Below the pieces are notes generated by a model, which did not search any database, had not been told where the DNA came from, and was given only the letters and a program-made list of their open reading frames with translations. A program made the translations under genes and the position numbers. A stretch of 64,000 nucleotides of DNA, taken from IMG/VR virus record IMGVR_UViG_3300031088_000735; one strand, written 5' to 3'. Position 1 is the first letter of the stretch. Each line of letters begins with the position of its first letter. The stretch comes from a virus. Lineage: Duplodnaviria > Heunggongvirae > Uroviricota > Caudoviricetes. Below, piece after piece: positions 17,822 through 27,655 of this stretch.

Positions 17822-18337
17822 ATGACCAACATCAAAATTCAAGAACAAGTTGACCAAATTGTTACACTAATAAAAATTGTTGAGATGATGCAAGGTGTAC
17901 GTCTTAAATCTTACTTTATTGAAACAGCCAAATGGCAGCGGTTGATCGCTGAGAAAGATTACAATGCTGTTTATGATTGCATTGTTGAATTGAAATCTCG
18001 AATCCCAATCCCAGTAGGCGAGGCTGATATTTTTCAAATGTTTGATAAAATTGAACGGGATCTGCTTAAACTTATGGTAATGTTGGAACATGACCAGCAA
18101 GCCCGTATGAGTTTAGTGGTTGTTTCTGCCTATAACCGTGTAGGCCGTTGGACAAGCGATTTTGAAAAAGCAGTTGCTTCATTTCATTATGAGTCCAAAG
18201 ACCGCGATCTACACAAAATTGTACAAGAGAACAAAGATAATCCGTTCTTGGGTTCTGATATGGTCAACTCCATTATTCAGTTAATCATTAATTCGAATTA
18301 TCGTGTGATGTCATTGGATAAGCTGATTCTTAAATAA
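17822..18337 (+). CDS. hypothetical protein
   Basis: RBS aaaggtga. Confidence 0.5.
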   Translation: MTNIKIQEQVDQIVTLIKIVEMMQGVRLKSYFIETAKWQRLIAEKDYNAVYDCIVELKSRIPIPVGEADIFQMFDKIERDLLKLMVMLEHDQQARMSLVVVSAYNRVGRWTSDFEKAVASFHYESKDRDLHKIVQENKDNPFLGSDMVNSIIQLIINSNYRVMSLDKLILK

Positions 18338-18349
18338 TTGAGGTGTAAT

Positions 18350-18574
18350 ATGTCTTTTAAAGTAATTGATGGTAATATTTTCTTGGGTGACACTCCCGTT
18401 ATGGGGCATTGTTGCACCACATTGGCTGAGAAGCAGGCGTATTGTGACACCATGAACACAGAGATGGGTGTTGATCCAGAGATTGAAGAAATGATGGCTA
18501 CCCGTGATAAACGAATGGCAGAACTCCCGCCAGAAGCCAAGAAAAGAATTCTGGATTTGCTTCGTGCTGATTGA
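18350..18574 (+). CDS. hypothetical protein
   Basis: RBS gaggtg before ATG 18350. Confidence 0.45.
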   Translation: MSFKVIDGNIFLGDTPVMGHCCTTLAEKQAYCDTMNTEMGVDPEIEEMMATRDKRMAELPPEAKKRILDLLRAD

Positions 18575-18662
18575 TCAATTTGAAGAAAAAGCCCAGTGAT
18601 GGGCTTTTTTTATACCTGTAAAAATGTTATAATTGTCTATTCATTTCAATTAGGACTTTCTC

Positions 18663-19295
18663 ATGTCTCTCAATCACGTTATCGAAACTGTTAAAGCGTC
18701 CAACCAAATTAAAAAAGAGATTCGCTCGCACCTTCTACCAGTTTCCAAAGCACAATCTGTTTTCTTGGATGATTTTGATACCACTATTTCTTTGCTGAGT
18801 CTAGCTGACGCATTGAGTAATTGTGAGGATGATGGTCTTTCAGATAAGGCCGTAGACTTACGTGATGAACTTGTTGTTTTGTTGAAAGCTTATCATGATG
18901 AAGTTGAGGAATGTGTTAAAGAGAACAAAGCGTACAATCAAACAATTCATAACAAAGAAATGGAAGAAGTTCGGAATTTGAATGCCATTGTCTCGACTAT
19001 TCCAGAATACGCATTGACTCAAAAAGTTAAAATCAACACTACAAAAATTAATCCCGCCCAGATAGATGTCATGCGTGAGATCTATCTTTCACTGGGGATT
19101 AATCATGTGCTGTTGGAAGAAGACCGAGACACCCTTTATTACAATCCAGAAATCACACCTTACCTACGCGATCTGATTGCGGAACGCTTTCTTGTCTATT
19201 TTCCTGCGTTTATAAATCCAAAAGGATTGATGAATATTTCGCCTGTTTATTTCCTTGACGAAGTTGAAGATATTCAAAGAGCAGCAGTTAAATAA
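18663..19295 (+). CDS. hypothetical protein, member 1 of a four-gene paralog family
   Basis: Shares the core KIN..KINP..ID...EIY..LG..H......D.LYYNP with 20715..21356, 44938..45600 and 45725..46375. Confidence 0.55.
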   Translation: MSLNHVIETVKASNQIKKEIRSHLLPVSKAQSVFLDDFDTTISLLSLADALSNCEDDGLSDKAVDLRDELVVLLKAYHDEVEECVKENKAYNQTIHNKEMEEVRNLNAIVSTIPEYALTQKVKINTTKINPAQIDVMREIYLSLGINHVLLEEDRDTLYYNPEITPYLRDLIAERFLVYFPAFINPKGLMNISPVYFLDEVEDIQRAAVK

Positions 19296-19378
19296 CCAGA
19301 TAGGTATTGAAAAAAGGGCTTCTGCTCTTTTTTTCTTCCTTGTTTTATGGTAAAATCAGTTTTTTAGTGGAGAAATTT

Positions 19379-19624
19379 ATGAATTTTGATGAGTGGACAG
19401 AAGCCATACCAACCGAAGAAGGTGATTATTACTTTTATGGTGATATTTCCTTTAAAAAAGACGATCCCAACTTTAATCCAGAATTGTCGATCTTGCATGT
19501 TCACAAAATTTCAAATGGAATGATGCATGTGGTGGCTGGTCAATTCTTTCATCCACGGAAAGATGGCACTCATGATGGATATGGAAAATTTAAGAAAGTA
19601 AACTTCGAACTTCCACCCCTCTAA
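19379..19624 (+). CDS. hypothetical protein
   Basis: RBS ggag before ATG 19379. Confidence 0.45.
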   Translation: MNFDEWTEAIPTEEGDYYFYGDISFKKDDPNFNPELSILHVHKISNGMMHVVAGQFFHPRKDGTHDGYGKFKKVNFELPPL

Positions 19625-19698
19625 CAGAATAGGAGAATGATTATGAAAGATGAACATGACGATCTTTAAATAGATTGAACTACTCAACTACTACATAA

Positions 19699-19718
19699 GG
19701 AGCCTGATGGCTCCTTAT
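19699..19718. terminator. bidirectional terminator hairpin aaggagcctgatggctcctt
   Basis: Perfect 8-bp stem flanked by A/T runs on both strands; exact copy at 23003-23026. Confidence 0.6.
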
Positions 19719-20578
19719 ATTTTTATATCCATTTTTTCAAGGTCTAATTTAACAACCAAATTGATGTCATCCCAAAAACGGTTAAAATCATTGTTGGATT
19801 TGTTATAAATTTCAACCCATCGGTTTCTTTCGTTATTCATCATCGCATGAGCAACCTGCAGCACTGCAAGCGTTTTATTAATTTCTGGTATGTTGGTTTT
19901 TACTTGTCGTTTAGTGTTTCTTATCACAATCGAATGACTTACATCATCTAGCAATACTTTCCCAACATTTATAAAACTTTCAGTGTTTTCATTTTCATTA
20001 ATGCTTTTAATTTGAAGAGACGCATAGTTAATTGTTTTTTTGAAAGATTCTATGGCTCTGAGTGAGCTACCTAGCTTGTTGTTGATTTCGGCTACAATAA
20101 GATCATCGTAACGATCTGTTATTTGCTCCCATTCTAATAAACCATTGATTTCTTGGTTAGTTGAATATAACCATTCTACTGCATTTCTTCCAAGTTTATT
20201 AGAATTATCAACAATTTCAAATATTCTCTTTTTTATACTAAAATCATTTTTCAACTTGTTATATTCAGCCACTCTTTGTTCATTTCTAGCAATGTAATTA
20301 TCAACACATAGCTGGATTAGTTTATCTTTTTCTTTCTTTAATTGTTCTCTGGATTGTTTGATTACATTACTTGATTCATTAATGTATGTGTTGACTGTAT
20401 TGATTTCTATTTTTTTGTTTTTGGCAAACCAACGGCGGATAAAGAAGATATTTTTGTAGTCTTCTTCTTTTTGTTTTAACATGGATTCATATTCAAAAAT
20501 CTTGACCTTTTCGTCGTAAATAAGAGCTGCAGATGATTCTGCTATTCTTTTGTAATTCTCTATATGATTATTAAGCAT
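19715..20578 (-). CDS. hypothetical protein (287 aa), AT-rich minus-strand moron
   Basis: Strong RBS ggaggtttc-ATG on the minus strand; Lys/Asn/Ile-rich; lies between the hairpin at 19699 and a divergent promoter. Confidence 0.55.
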   Translation of the reverse strand: MLNNHIENYKRIAESSAALIYDEKVKIFEYESMLKQKEEDYKNIFFIRRWFAKNKKIEINTVNTYINESSNVIKQSREQLKKEKDKLIQLCVDNYIARNEQRVAEYNKLKNDFSIKKRIFEIVDNSNKLGRNAVEWLYSTNQEINGLLEWEQITDRYDDLIVAEINNKLGSSLRAIESFKKTINYASLQIKSINENENTESFINVGKVLLDDVSHSIVIRNTKRQVKTNIPEINKTLAVLQVAHAMMNNERNRWVEIYNKSNNDFNRFWDDINLVVKLDLEKMDIKI

Positions 20579-20714
20579 GAAACCTCCAAAAATAGCCTTT
20601 ATATTACGATATTTTTATAAAAAAATCAATAGTTATCATTATTTTTGTTTTCTTGTTTTCAACAAGGTCTTTCTATGTTATACTCACGGCATTAATCATC
20701 GAAAGGATTTTTCT

Positions 20715-21356
20715 ATGTCTCCTGAACAAGCTCAAAAAATGGCTCAAGAAACTAACCTTGCAATTGAAAAACTGAATGAACAACGGGTTCCAAATGTTGA
20801 ACCTTTGGATATTTATGCTGAAGATGGCTTTGTTATCGGCCCTGATGAAATTTTGAATGCCTTCACTTCGTTCAATACTACACTGTTGCCTGAACGTGTT
20901 GAGGTACTTCGGCAAAGTATCATTTCAGCACTCAGCGAATTGAATGCTATTACGGCAGAAGCAATGGAAAAAATGGCTCGTGATCGTGAAGCCATTGATT
21001 TGGCTGTTGCTGAACTGAAAGCTAAGCTTATGGACGATGTGCGTTGTGTTCCTGAAAGTCTACTGACTAGAAAATTGCGAGTAGGTAAGAAGATTATTGA
21101 TCCGATTGATTTTCCTTTCTTGCTTGAAGCCTACAAAAACCTTGGCTTCAAACATTGCTCTATTGAGCCAACCAGCGATTATATCTACTTCGATCCAGAA
21201 GCGGGTGAAATTCGTCAACTGTTTTTGAAAGAGTTCCACCGCCTTACCAATAAAAAATATCCATCGCTCAGCAATTATGTCCAGTGTGACAATTCTCATA
21301 TCGATAATGTTGATACCCTGCTGTATGTGGTGAGTTTGAATAAAAATCAACCGTAA
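20715..21356 (+). CDS. hypothetical protein, member 2 of the four-gene paralog family
   Basis: Promoter tgttatact at about 20676; family core GKKIIDPIDFPFLLEAYKNLGFKHCSIEPTSDYIYFDP. Confidence 0.55.
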   Translation: MSPEQAQKMAQETNLAIEKLNEQRVPNVEPLDIYAEDGFVIGPDEILNAFTSFNTTLLPERVEVLRQSIISALSELNAITAEAMEKMARDREAIDLAVAELKAKLMDDVRCVPESLLTRKLRVGKKIIDPIDFPFLLEAYKNLGFKHCSIEPTSDYIYFDPEAGEIRQLFLKEFHRLTNKKYPSLSNYVQCDNSHIDNVDTLLYVVSLNKNQP

Positions 21357-21497
21357 AAATTCTGTCATTGCGTTTCATTAAAGGAGTTTAGGCTCCTTTT
21401 TTGACATTTTTCCGTAACTAGTATGATTTTTGTTGCTGATTTCTGCTTGATGCTGTATAATCAAGTTTCTTTCTAATAACCCATTTTGGAGTTTTTC

Positions 21498-22019
21498 ATG
21501 GCTAATAAAACAATTAAGGCAACCCTGATTATCGAAGACAAAAAAATCAGTGTTGATGAACTCAATGATCTTTTCACGGGTGCTACCACCAAAATCAAAG
21601 GTCTGAGCTTTTTGATCAATCAGCAAGCTTACAAGGCAAACACTCTTTGCAAATATCTGTTTACGGCCATGAAAGATGGTAAATCTGCTGCCATTATGGT
21701 TGATGAAATTGATCTTCCACGTTCATTGCCTGTTTTGGTCAAACTGGCTTCGAAAGTCGGTAACAAAATGGATGCTGCTGGCTATACCGAGGCTTACGAA
21801 ATGTTCTGCAGTGATCTTAAAGCTGCTCAATCAGTTCTCCACGAAACTCGTTTCTTGGGCATGTCACTGTATGTTACCAAAATTGAAGATCCATCTGGTC
21901 AGCAAAAAGGTCGTTGCAACAAGGAATGGCTGGAAAGCTTCCTTGATGTTAACTTCAACAGTGACCGCAAATCGCTGACACTTGATGTTAGTGCAACATT
22001 CCTTGGTCAGCCTGATTAA
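21498..22019 (+). CDS. hypothetical protein
   Basis: RBS ggag; promoter tgtataat at about 21456. Confidence 0.5.
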   Translation: MANKTIKATLIIEDKKISVDELNDLFTGATTKIKGLSFLINQQAYKANTLCKYLFTAMKDGKSAAIMVDEIDLPRSLPVLVKLASKVGNKMDAAGYTEAYEMFCSDLKAAQSVLHETRFLGMSLYVTKIEDPSGQQKGRCNKEWLESFLDVNFNSDRKSLTLDVSATFLGQPD

Positions 22020-22092
22020 AGGTTGACTGTTTTATCAAAAATCTATATAATAAAGGGGAGCTTCAGCTCTCCTTTTTTTTTGAGATATAGTT

Positions 22093-22557
22093 ATGAATCT
22101 TTTACTACGCCACCGCTGCTTTCAGTTTGAAACGGAAGGAAAGATCGTTTACGATCCTGACCGTGGAACTATGAAGAAAAACATCGATCATTGGGCTGTC
22201 ATCACGATAGAACCTGATATCGCGGCTTACTATCGTCATCTGTTTTATCAGCGGTATGGTATTGAACTCGATAAACCTAACTGGGATGTTCATTGTTCCG
22301 TATTGAAAGGTTATTCTAACACTGACACCACAAAACCTTGGGGGTGGCTTGATCAACAACCTGTGAAGCTTCATTATACCCATGAAATGTTCTGGAATAA
22401 CTCACATGTTTGGATTAATTGTTATTCAGCCGAGTTCTTCAAAATTCGTGAGTTTTATAATGTTCTCGGTACTGACCAAGGACATATCACTATCGGCAAA
22501 TTTAAATATTACCAAAAAGATGTCATTAAACCTTTTAAAAATTATACACTAGATTGA
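22093..22557 (+). CDS. 2H phosphoesterase superfamily protein (LigT / cyclic phosphodiesterase fold); candidate Acb1-like cyclic-oligonucleotide nuclease
   Basis: Two H-h-[ST]-h motifs at the expected spacing: H67-C-S-V and H131-I-T-I in a 154-aa protein. Family assignment is from motifs only. Confidence 0.5.
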   Translation: MNLLLRHRCFQFETEGKIVYDPDRGTMKKNIDHWAVITIEPDIAAYYRHLFYQRYGIELDKPNWDVHCSVLKGYSNTDTTKPWGWLDQQPVKLHYTHEMFWNNSHVWINCYSAEFFKIREFYNVLGTDQGHITIGKFKYYQKDVIKPFKNYTLD

Positions 22558-22605
22558 TTTGTTTTCTCATTTTTGATATAATTAAACATTATTTGGAGAC
22601 TGTTC

Positions 22606-22977
22606 ATGATTAAACAAATTACAGGTGGCGTGTCTGACGAACTTACAGATGAATACCAATCAGCCAAAGCTATTTTTATGGCCGTTGCTCTTTGGCGTTC
22701 TTTTGGTGGTGAGATCCAAGTTAAACTAGAAGACGACTTGTCAGTTAAAAACATTGAACATGCTTGGCTGTCGTTGGACGGTCAGCAGATTGACATTGAC
22801 GGTGCTTATCCGCCTATCATGGCACTTGATGAGAATGATGACGATCTGGTTCTTGGCCTTGATGAAGTGAAGGTTTTAGACTTGGTTCGTTCACTGGTTG
22901 ATATCAGTGATAAAGAATGGGAAAAAGAAGTCAAGAAAGCTTTAAAGGTAGTTAAAAAATATTATATCAATGAATGA
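22606..22977 (+). CDS. hypothetical protein
   Basis: RBS ggagactgttc-ATG. Confidence 0.5.
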   Translation: MIKQITGGVSDELTDEYQSAKAIFMAVALWRSFGGEIQVKLEDDLSVKNIEHAWLSLDGQQIDIDGAYPPIMALDENDDDLVLGLDEVKVLDLVRSLVDISDKEWEKEVKKALKVVKKYYINE

Positions 22978-23002
22978 TATATTTTATTTGGTTGAAATGA
23001 TA

Positions 23003-23026
23003 AAGGAGCCTGATGGCTCCTTTTTT
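23003..23026. terminator. bidirectional terminator, second copy of aaggagcctgatggctcc
   Basis: Identical hairpin to 19699-19718. Confidence 0.6.
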
Positions 23027-23045
23027 GTATCTGTATTATTGCTTT

Positions 23046-23879
23046 TTAAATGGTTTTCATTTTGAGAAGTTCCCAATAATCATTTTTATTTTCAAGCGTA
23101 ATATCATCAGTTGATATACTTTCAATGTTATGATGTTTATAGGCTTTGATGATAAGTTGATGACAAACACTTTCCATGAAACCATCAATACATTCTTTAA
23201 CTTTTTCTAGCGAGATTGTATCGCCTGTTTTTAGTCCAAATAAATGTGATTGATCATTATACAATGGGTATGGTTTAGCATATTCATCATAAATGTTAAA
23301 CGTACCCAGTTGAAGTGTTTCTGTTGCATAGTCATAATATAAAACAAGTACACCTGAAAACCTGAATTCAATTTCAATTTTCATTCTTGAACGTATTTTG
23401 AATACATCATCTGCATAAATTTGGTGACAAAAGCTGATGCATGACCATTTATGAAAGGCTTCCAAAAAGGCAAAATGCTTAGTCAAATAAAATCTCTTGA
23501 TATGCGATGTATGGGATTGAAAGATATTTTGATTTAATTCAAATGGAGATCGGTCGTTTGTTAGTTCTTTAACCACTTTATTATCAAACAAAATGTTTAC
23601 GATTTTTTGAAACAATTCTTGTCTTTTAATGTCAAAATCAACATCAAAAACTTGTTGATATTCTTGATCAAATGAATTATCAGCAGAACCAAATACAAGT
23701 ACTCCATCTAGGCAGTCATATTTGAAACTAGCCAATTTTTGACCAGATTCGTTTATGAGATCGACCATATGATCATTGTAAAAATTGTAATCTTTAATTG
23801 TATAAGGTTTTGGATAAAGCTTACGAATACCTTTTTTCAATTCTTTTAATAGATTTTTTCTAGTCACAATCATGTCCAT
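23046..23879 (-). CDS. hypothetical protein (277 aa), AT-rich minus-strand moron
   Basis: Minus-strand promoter tagtataat (reverse complement of 23900-23915); ends at the shared hairpin. Confidence 0.55.
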   Translation of the reverse strand: MDMIVTRKNLLKELKKGIRKLYPKPYTIKDYNFYNDHMVDLINESGQKLASFKYDCLDGVLVFGSADNSFDQEYQQVFDVDFDIKRQELFQKIVNILFDNKVVKELTNDRSPFELNQNIFQSHTSHIKRFYLTKHFAFLEAFHKWSCISFCHQIYADDVFKIRSRMKIEIEFRFSGVLVLYYDYATETLQLGTFNIYDEYAKPYPLYNDQSHLFGLKTGDTISLEKVKECIDGFMESVCHQLIIKAYKHHNIESISTDDITLENKNDYWELLKMKTI

Positions 23880-24018
23880 CCGTAAATAATTGTCGTAATT
23901 ATACTATAAAACGACAAAAAACACAAGGTTATCGAGGCATTATATATGATATTTTTCTTGTTTTTCATGTGGATTTTTGCTATAATCTCCCATTGAATTT
24001 ACTGCAAGGAACTCCGTA

Positions 24019-24384
24019 ATGATCATGTATTTCAAAATTTTGTTGCTGCAATTTCTGGTCGGATTGAAGGTTGGACAATCGTTGCCGATTGCATATTTCA
24101 GCAAAAACAAGCTGAATCGAATTGGTGCTCGCATCAAATTTGATAGATCTACCAGTTCTGCTGTTAGACATTCTGTTTCTGGAAAGGTTGTCCGTTACGC
24201 TTATGATTACAATTCAGTAAGCATCATGATTTCGAGTTCTGGGATTGTTATTGACCATTGGAAGGGTAACACATTGTATACCTATCATGGCTGTCAGTTT
24301 TCTCCGAAAGGTTTTTGGAAAAAGCTCAAATTCATGACCAGCTTTTTTTCTGAGTTGGTTAGAAAATTTGATGGAAAATCTTAA
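24019..24384 (+). CDS. hypothetical protein
   Basis: Promoter ttgctataat at about 23972. Confidence 0.4.
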   Translation: MIMYFKILLLQFLVGLKVGQSLPIAYFSKNKLNRIGARIKFDRSTSSAVRHSVSGKVVRYAYDYNSVSIMISSSGIVIDHWKGNTLYTYHGCQFSPKGFWKKLKFMTSFFSELVRKFDGKS

Positions 24385-24513
24385 AAAACCTTGATTTCAT
24401 TGACCAATATTGATATAATTACCCCATCGAAGCAACAAGGGACGAGCATTTAAATAAGCCTTTTCTCTTGTGATTGCTAACCGACCTAAATTTGAAACGA
24501 AAAGGATATGACC

Positions 24514-24852
24514 ATGAAAGTAATTAAAATTGTTTTGGTTGCCATCACCTTTGTACTGATGACCGGCTGCATGTCTTCGGGCCAGTATGGTTCCTACCAG
24601 TCGCGTCAAATTGAACGTAAATGCTTTGTGAGTGCCAATAAACAAGCTCAAAATGCTTACATTCGCAAAGAAAGTGGCGTGCGTTACGCTAACTCGCAAA
24701 AAGAAGCGTTCAAAGCTCAACAAACCTTCCAGAAACGGATGGCAAGTATTGAGGAAAGCAAAGACCGCTGCATCAACAATGGTCAGCGTCGGATTTTTGA
24801 AGAGAACCTTCGCCGCACCACCAACCGCATGTATAACCGTAGCTACTACTAA
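24514..24852 (+). CDS. lipoprotein
   Basis: Signal peptide plus lipobox LMTG-C; RBS aagga; terminator at 24871-24895. Confidence 0.55.
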   Translation: MKVIKIVLVAITFVLMTGCMSSGQYGSYQSRQIERKCFVSANKQAQNAYIRKESGVRYANSQKEAFKAQQTFQKRMASIEESKDRCINNGQRRIFEENLRRTTNRMYNRSYY

Positions 24853-24946
24853 GTATCATCGGTTAGAAAATCCCGCCTAGTGCGGGTTTTTTGTTTATCT
24901 TTTTTAAGTTTTATGTTATAATTTAGTAAATTTTGGAGGTTTAATC

Positions 24947-25246
24947 ATGCCTTATCATACTGCAGCACCGACACCATCTGTTATTCCAGCCGCTTACAAA
25001 CTGGTGTTTGAAGACAATGGTTATACCGCTTATGAGTGGAGTGGACGCCTCTTTCTTTACCGTAAAGGCTGTTCGCTGGCTCAATTGGTCAATGGCTTTG
25101 AAAGCTTGAAGAAAAGCTATCGCAACAGTTTTGAAATCTGGATTGATAAGGTAAAAGAAAAAGACCTTGCAAAAATTGAGAACATCAAAGCTGATATTGC
25201 CTTGATGCTTAAAGATTGCGACACTATTCGTGACGTTCATGCTTAA
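24947..25246 (+). CDS. hypothetical protein
   Basis: RBS ggaggt. Confidence 0.5.
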   Translation: MPYHTAAPTPSVIPAAYKLVFEDNGYTAYEWSGRLFLYRKGCSLAQLVNGFESLKKSYRNSFEIWIDKVKEKDLAKIENIKADIALMLKDCDTIRDVHA

Positions 25247-25326
25247 TCATTTTTAAGGTTTTTCTTGTGTGTGCATGATAAACGGTGTATAATCGCTCAA
25301 TAACTACTATTTTAAAGGCCGTTGCG

Positions 25327-25737
25327 ATGCTAACCTTGAAAGACATCCGAAGCAACTATCCAGCAAAGATTGAATACAATGAACACAATATTATTCGGGC
25401 TAACATTGCCTTGGATTTTATGTGGGAAGAACGCTGCAAAGAACGTGGTGAAGCGTATTCTGGTGATCGCTCAGGTAGCTGTAAGTTTGCTGCTTTATTG
25501 TCCAGAAGCCTTTTTGGCGGGCGTTTAGCCGGAAACAATGACCATGTTTTTACGGTTACTGAATCTGACATGATTGATTTGAACATTATTCAGCGTGATG
25601 TCATTGATTTGAATCATCTGGCTCATGTGCGTTTTGACCATGTGTTGACGCATAAAGACTATCGAGCGGCGTTAAGCTCTTGCCTTCCGCGTGTTGAAAA
25701 ATGGGAAAAATGGTTGCTTAGCCGAATAAACAACTAG
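25327..25737 (+). CDS. hypothetical protein
   Basis: Promoter ggtgtataat overlaps the upstream ATG of the ORF track, so the start is internal. Confidence 0.45.
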   Translation: MLTLKDIRSNYPAKIEYNEHNIIRANIALDFMWEERCKERGEAYSGDRSGSCKFAALLSRSLFGGRLAGNNDHVFTVTESDMIDLNIIQRDVIDLNHLAHVRFDHVLTHKDYRAALSSCLPRVEKWEKWLLSRINN

Positions 25738-25798
25738 ACAATAAATCTACTTTTTGTTATACTTATCCCATCTAAACGAACCTACAAGGATATTCACC

Positions 25799-26344
25799 AT
25801 GACCAGTATCAAAATTGATTTGAGCAAAATCACCACTGCCCAAGACGCTGTTAATATTGTCTTGGCGGAACAAATGAAGCTGGAAAAAATCGTTTCGGCG
25901 TTTAACCACACCGATGCGGCTCCCAACTTCAAATACATGATCAATTACATGGTTGGCCCGGTAGGCAATTCCGTTTTGGTCAGTCGTGATGAGATTTATG
26001 TGGAGTGTGATAGCTTGGCGACTCGCCTTGCTGCTGCTGGGGTTGTTGAACTTACCGCAGAAGGTGCCTACGCTGAAATCACTCAGGCGACTTTTGGTAC
26101 GATGATTGAAGACAAAATGCGTGATGATAAACTGGTCATCAATGGTTCTGAAATTCGTTATAAAACCAAAACGAAAAAGCAATGGGGAACCTTGCCAGAA
26201 AATGTTCAAATTGTCGTCACGAAGCTTGAATTGACCCAAGCAGATTGGGCTGAATTCCGCCAACGTCAACTGAAAGAAGCGATGGACGCTGTTGCTAAAC
26301 TCGGTTACACCGTCGATGACGCGGGAACTCTGGTTGTTGTTTAA
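25799..26344 (+). CDS. hypothetical protein; distant paralog of 39261..39836
   Basis: Shared pattern INGSEIRYK/IKGSDIRFR ... VVTKLELTQ/VVTRLPENP ... DDAGTLVV/DKDGNLLI. Confidence 0.5.
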   Translation: MTSIKIDLSKITTAQDAVNIVLAEQMKLEKIVSAFNHTDAAPNFKYMINYMVGPVGNSVLVSRDEIYVECDSLATRLAAAGVVELTAEGAYAEITQATFGTMIEDKMRDDKLVINGSEIRYKTKTKKQWGTLPENVQIVVTKLELTQADWAEFRQRQLKEAMDAVAKLGYTVDDAGTLVVV

Positions 26345-26498
26345 CCATTCCAGTTAAAAGAAAAGGCCGACTTGTTCGGTCTTTTTTATTTTTAAAATTC
26401 ATAATGGTTATGATGGTAGTAATAGAACGGCTTTTCAACAAAAATGTTGTTTATTATAATGTTTTCCTGTATACTTGCTAAAAAGGAGACTGTTCATT

Positions 26499-27068
26499 AT
26501 GTGTATTACTGTCCGAAAAATAGCCCTTGGCGATGATGTTCAAGCCATCTATCGTGCTAAAAAAGAGCAAGGGTACACCTTTGAAAAACTTCCTGAGAAC
26601 AAACTGTTCTACAATTTGTTCACGCTCAGTAAAGATAATGACCGCATTCTAATTGGTTCTAATAAGTTAAACCAGACAGCTATGTTTGTTTTGTCAGAAT
26701 CAGTTGATCCGTCTAATATTAATGACATTTATGTCAAATACCTTGAACTCTTCTTTAAGCAAGGCTACAAGCCTATGCCTGACCACTTGAAATCAAAATT
26801 TTCGGTGGATGATGATTTTCAATTGTTAAACGGTGCTATGGACAGTTCTGGCGATATGGTTATTCTTGGTAAGTCGAAAGATACCAAACAGGAAGGGCGT
26901 GAACTCTGGATGACGATTGTGATGTCTCCTAGAAAATTAGGTTATCGTGTACCAGAAAGAACCCAATATTCTCGTACACCTTCTGGTGAATCTTGTCGTT
27001 CAATGGATATTTGGGACATGATTGGTACAGCCGGTACCGTCGCGGGATTGTTTAGCCTGTTTTCGTAA
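26499..27068 (+). CDS. hypothetical protein
   Basis: RBS aaggag. Confidence 0.5.
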   Translation: MCITVRKIALGDDVQAIYRAKKEQGYTFEKLPENKLFYNLFTLSKDNDRILIGSNKLNQTAMFVLSESVDPSNINDIYVKYLELFFKQGYKPMPDHLKSKFSVDDDFQLLNGAMDSSGDMVILGKSKDTKQEGRELWMTIVMSPRKLGYRVPERTQYSRTPSGESCRSMDIWDMIGTAGTVAGLFSLFS

Positions 27069-27135
27069 CAGGCTTTATTACGGGTACAAAAAAAGGTGTC
27101 CGTAGACACCTTTTCTTTTTCAACTTACCGGATAC

Positions 27136-27258
27136 TCACATCTCCTTGAGGTAAGCACGCTTATTGCGTTTGTTTTTTTCCTTGCGTTTTTTGTCTACAT
27201 GAGTAGCCGCCTTATTGACGGTGTTCATGTGTTTTGCTACGAAGTTTTGAACTTTCAT
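27136..27258 (-). CDS. small basic protein (40 aa) on the minus strand
   Basis: Minus-strand RBS gaggtga; product MKVQNFVAKHMNTVNKAATHVDKKRKEKNKRNKRAYLKEM; bounded by the hairpin at 27093-27120. Confidence 0.3.
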   Translation of the reverse strand: MKVQNFVAKHMNTVNKAATHVDKKRKEKNKRNKRAYLKEM

Positions 27259-27422
27259 GGTATCACCTCAATAAGTTAAGTTGTCTTGTTTAAGTGAGGC
27301 TATTATACCAAGATTTTAATGCTTTGAAAAGTCTTTTTTGATTTGTTTTTCTGAAAAAACTCCTTTTTATTACTGCCGCTTTTTGCTATAATACCTGAAA
27401 TCATCAAATGAAGGGCTGTATC

Positions 27423-27593
27423 ATGGTAGTTTGCAATTGCGTTAAATGTGGTGGCAATGATGAACATATTGTTTGCGAGAACCAGTTGATTGACATTCAA
27501 TCAGGGATTTATCGTTCTCAGAAATTCAACATTGGCTTGTTTTCGATTGCAATCGTTTTGTGTGCCTTTGGACTTTTTGGTTCTTTTCATTAA
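27423..27593 (+). CDS. small CxxC protein with C-terminal TM anchor
   Basis: CNCVKCGG...C, then FSIAIVLCAFGLFG. Confidence 0.3.
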   Translation: MVVCNCVKCGGNDEHIVCENQLIDIQSGIYRSQKFNIGLFSIAIVLCAFGLFGSFH

Positions 27594-27655
27594 GTTTGAT
27601 TGCTTTTTACTTTAATTTTCGGTATCATTAGTCTTCAATCTTTGGAGTTTTTCAC

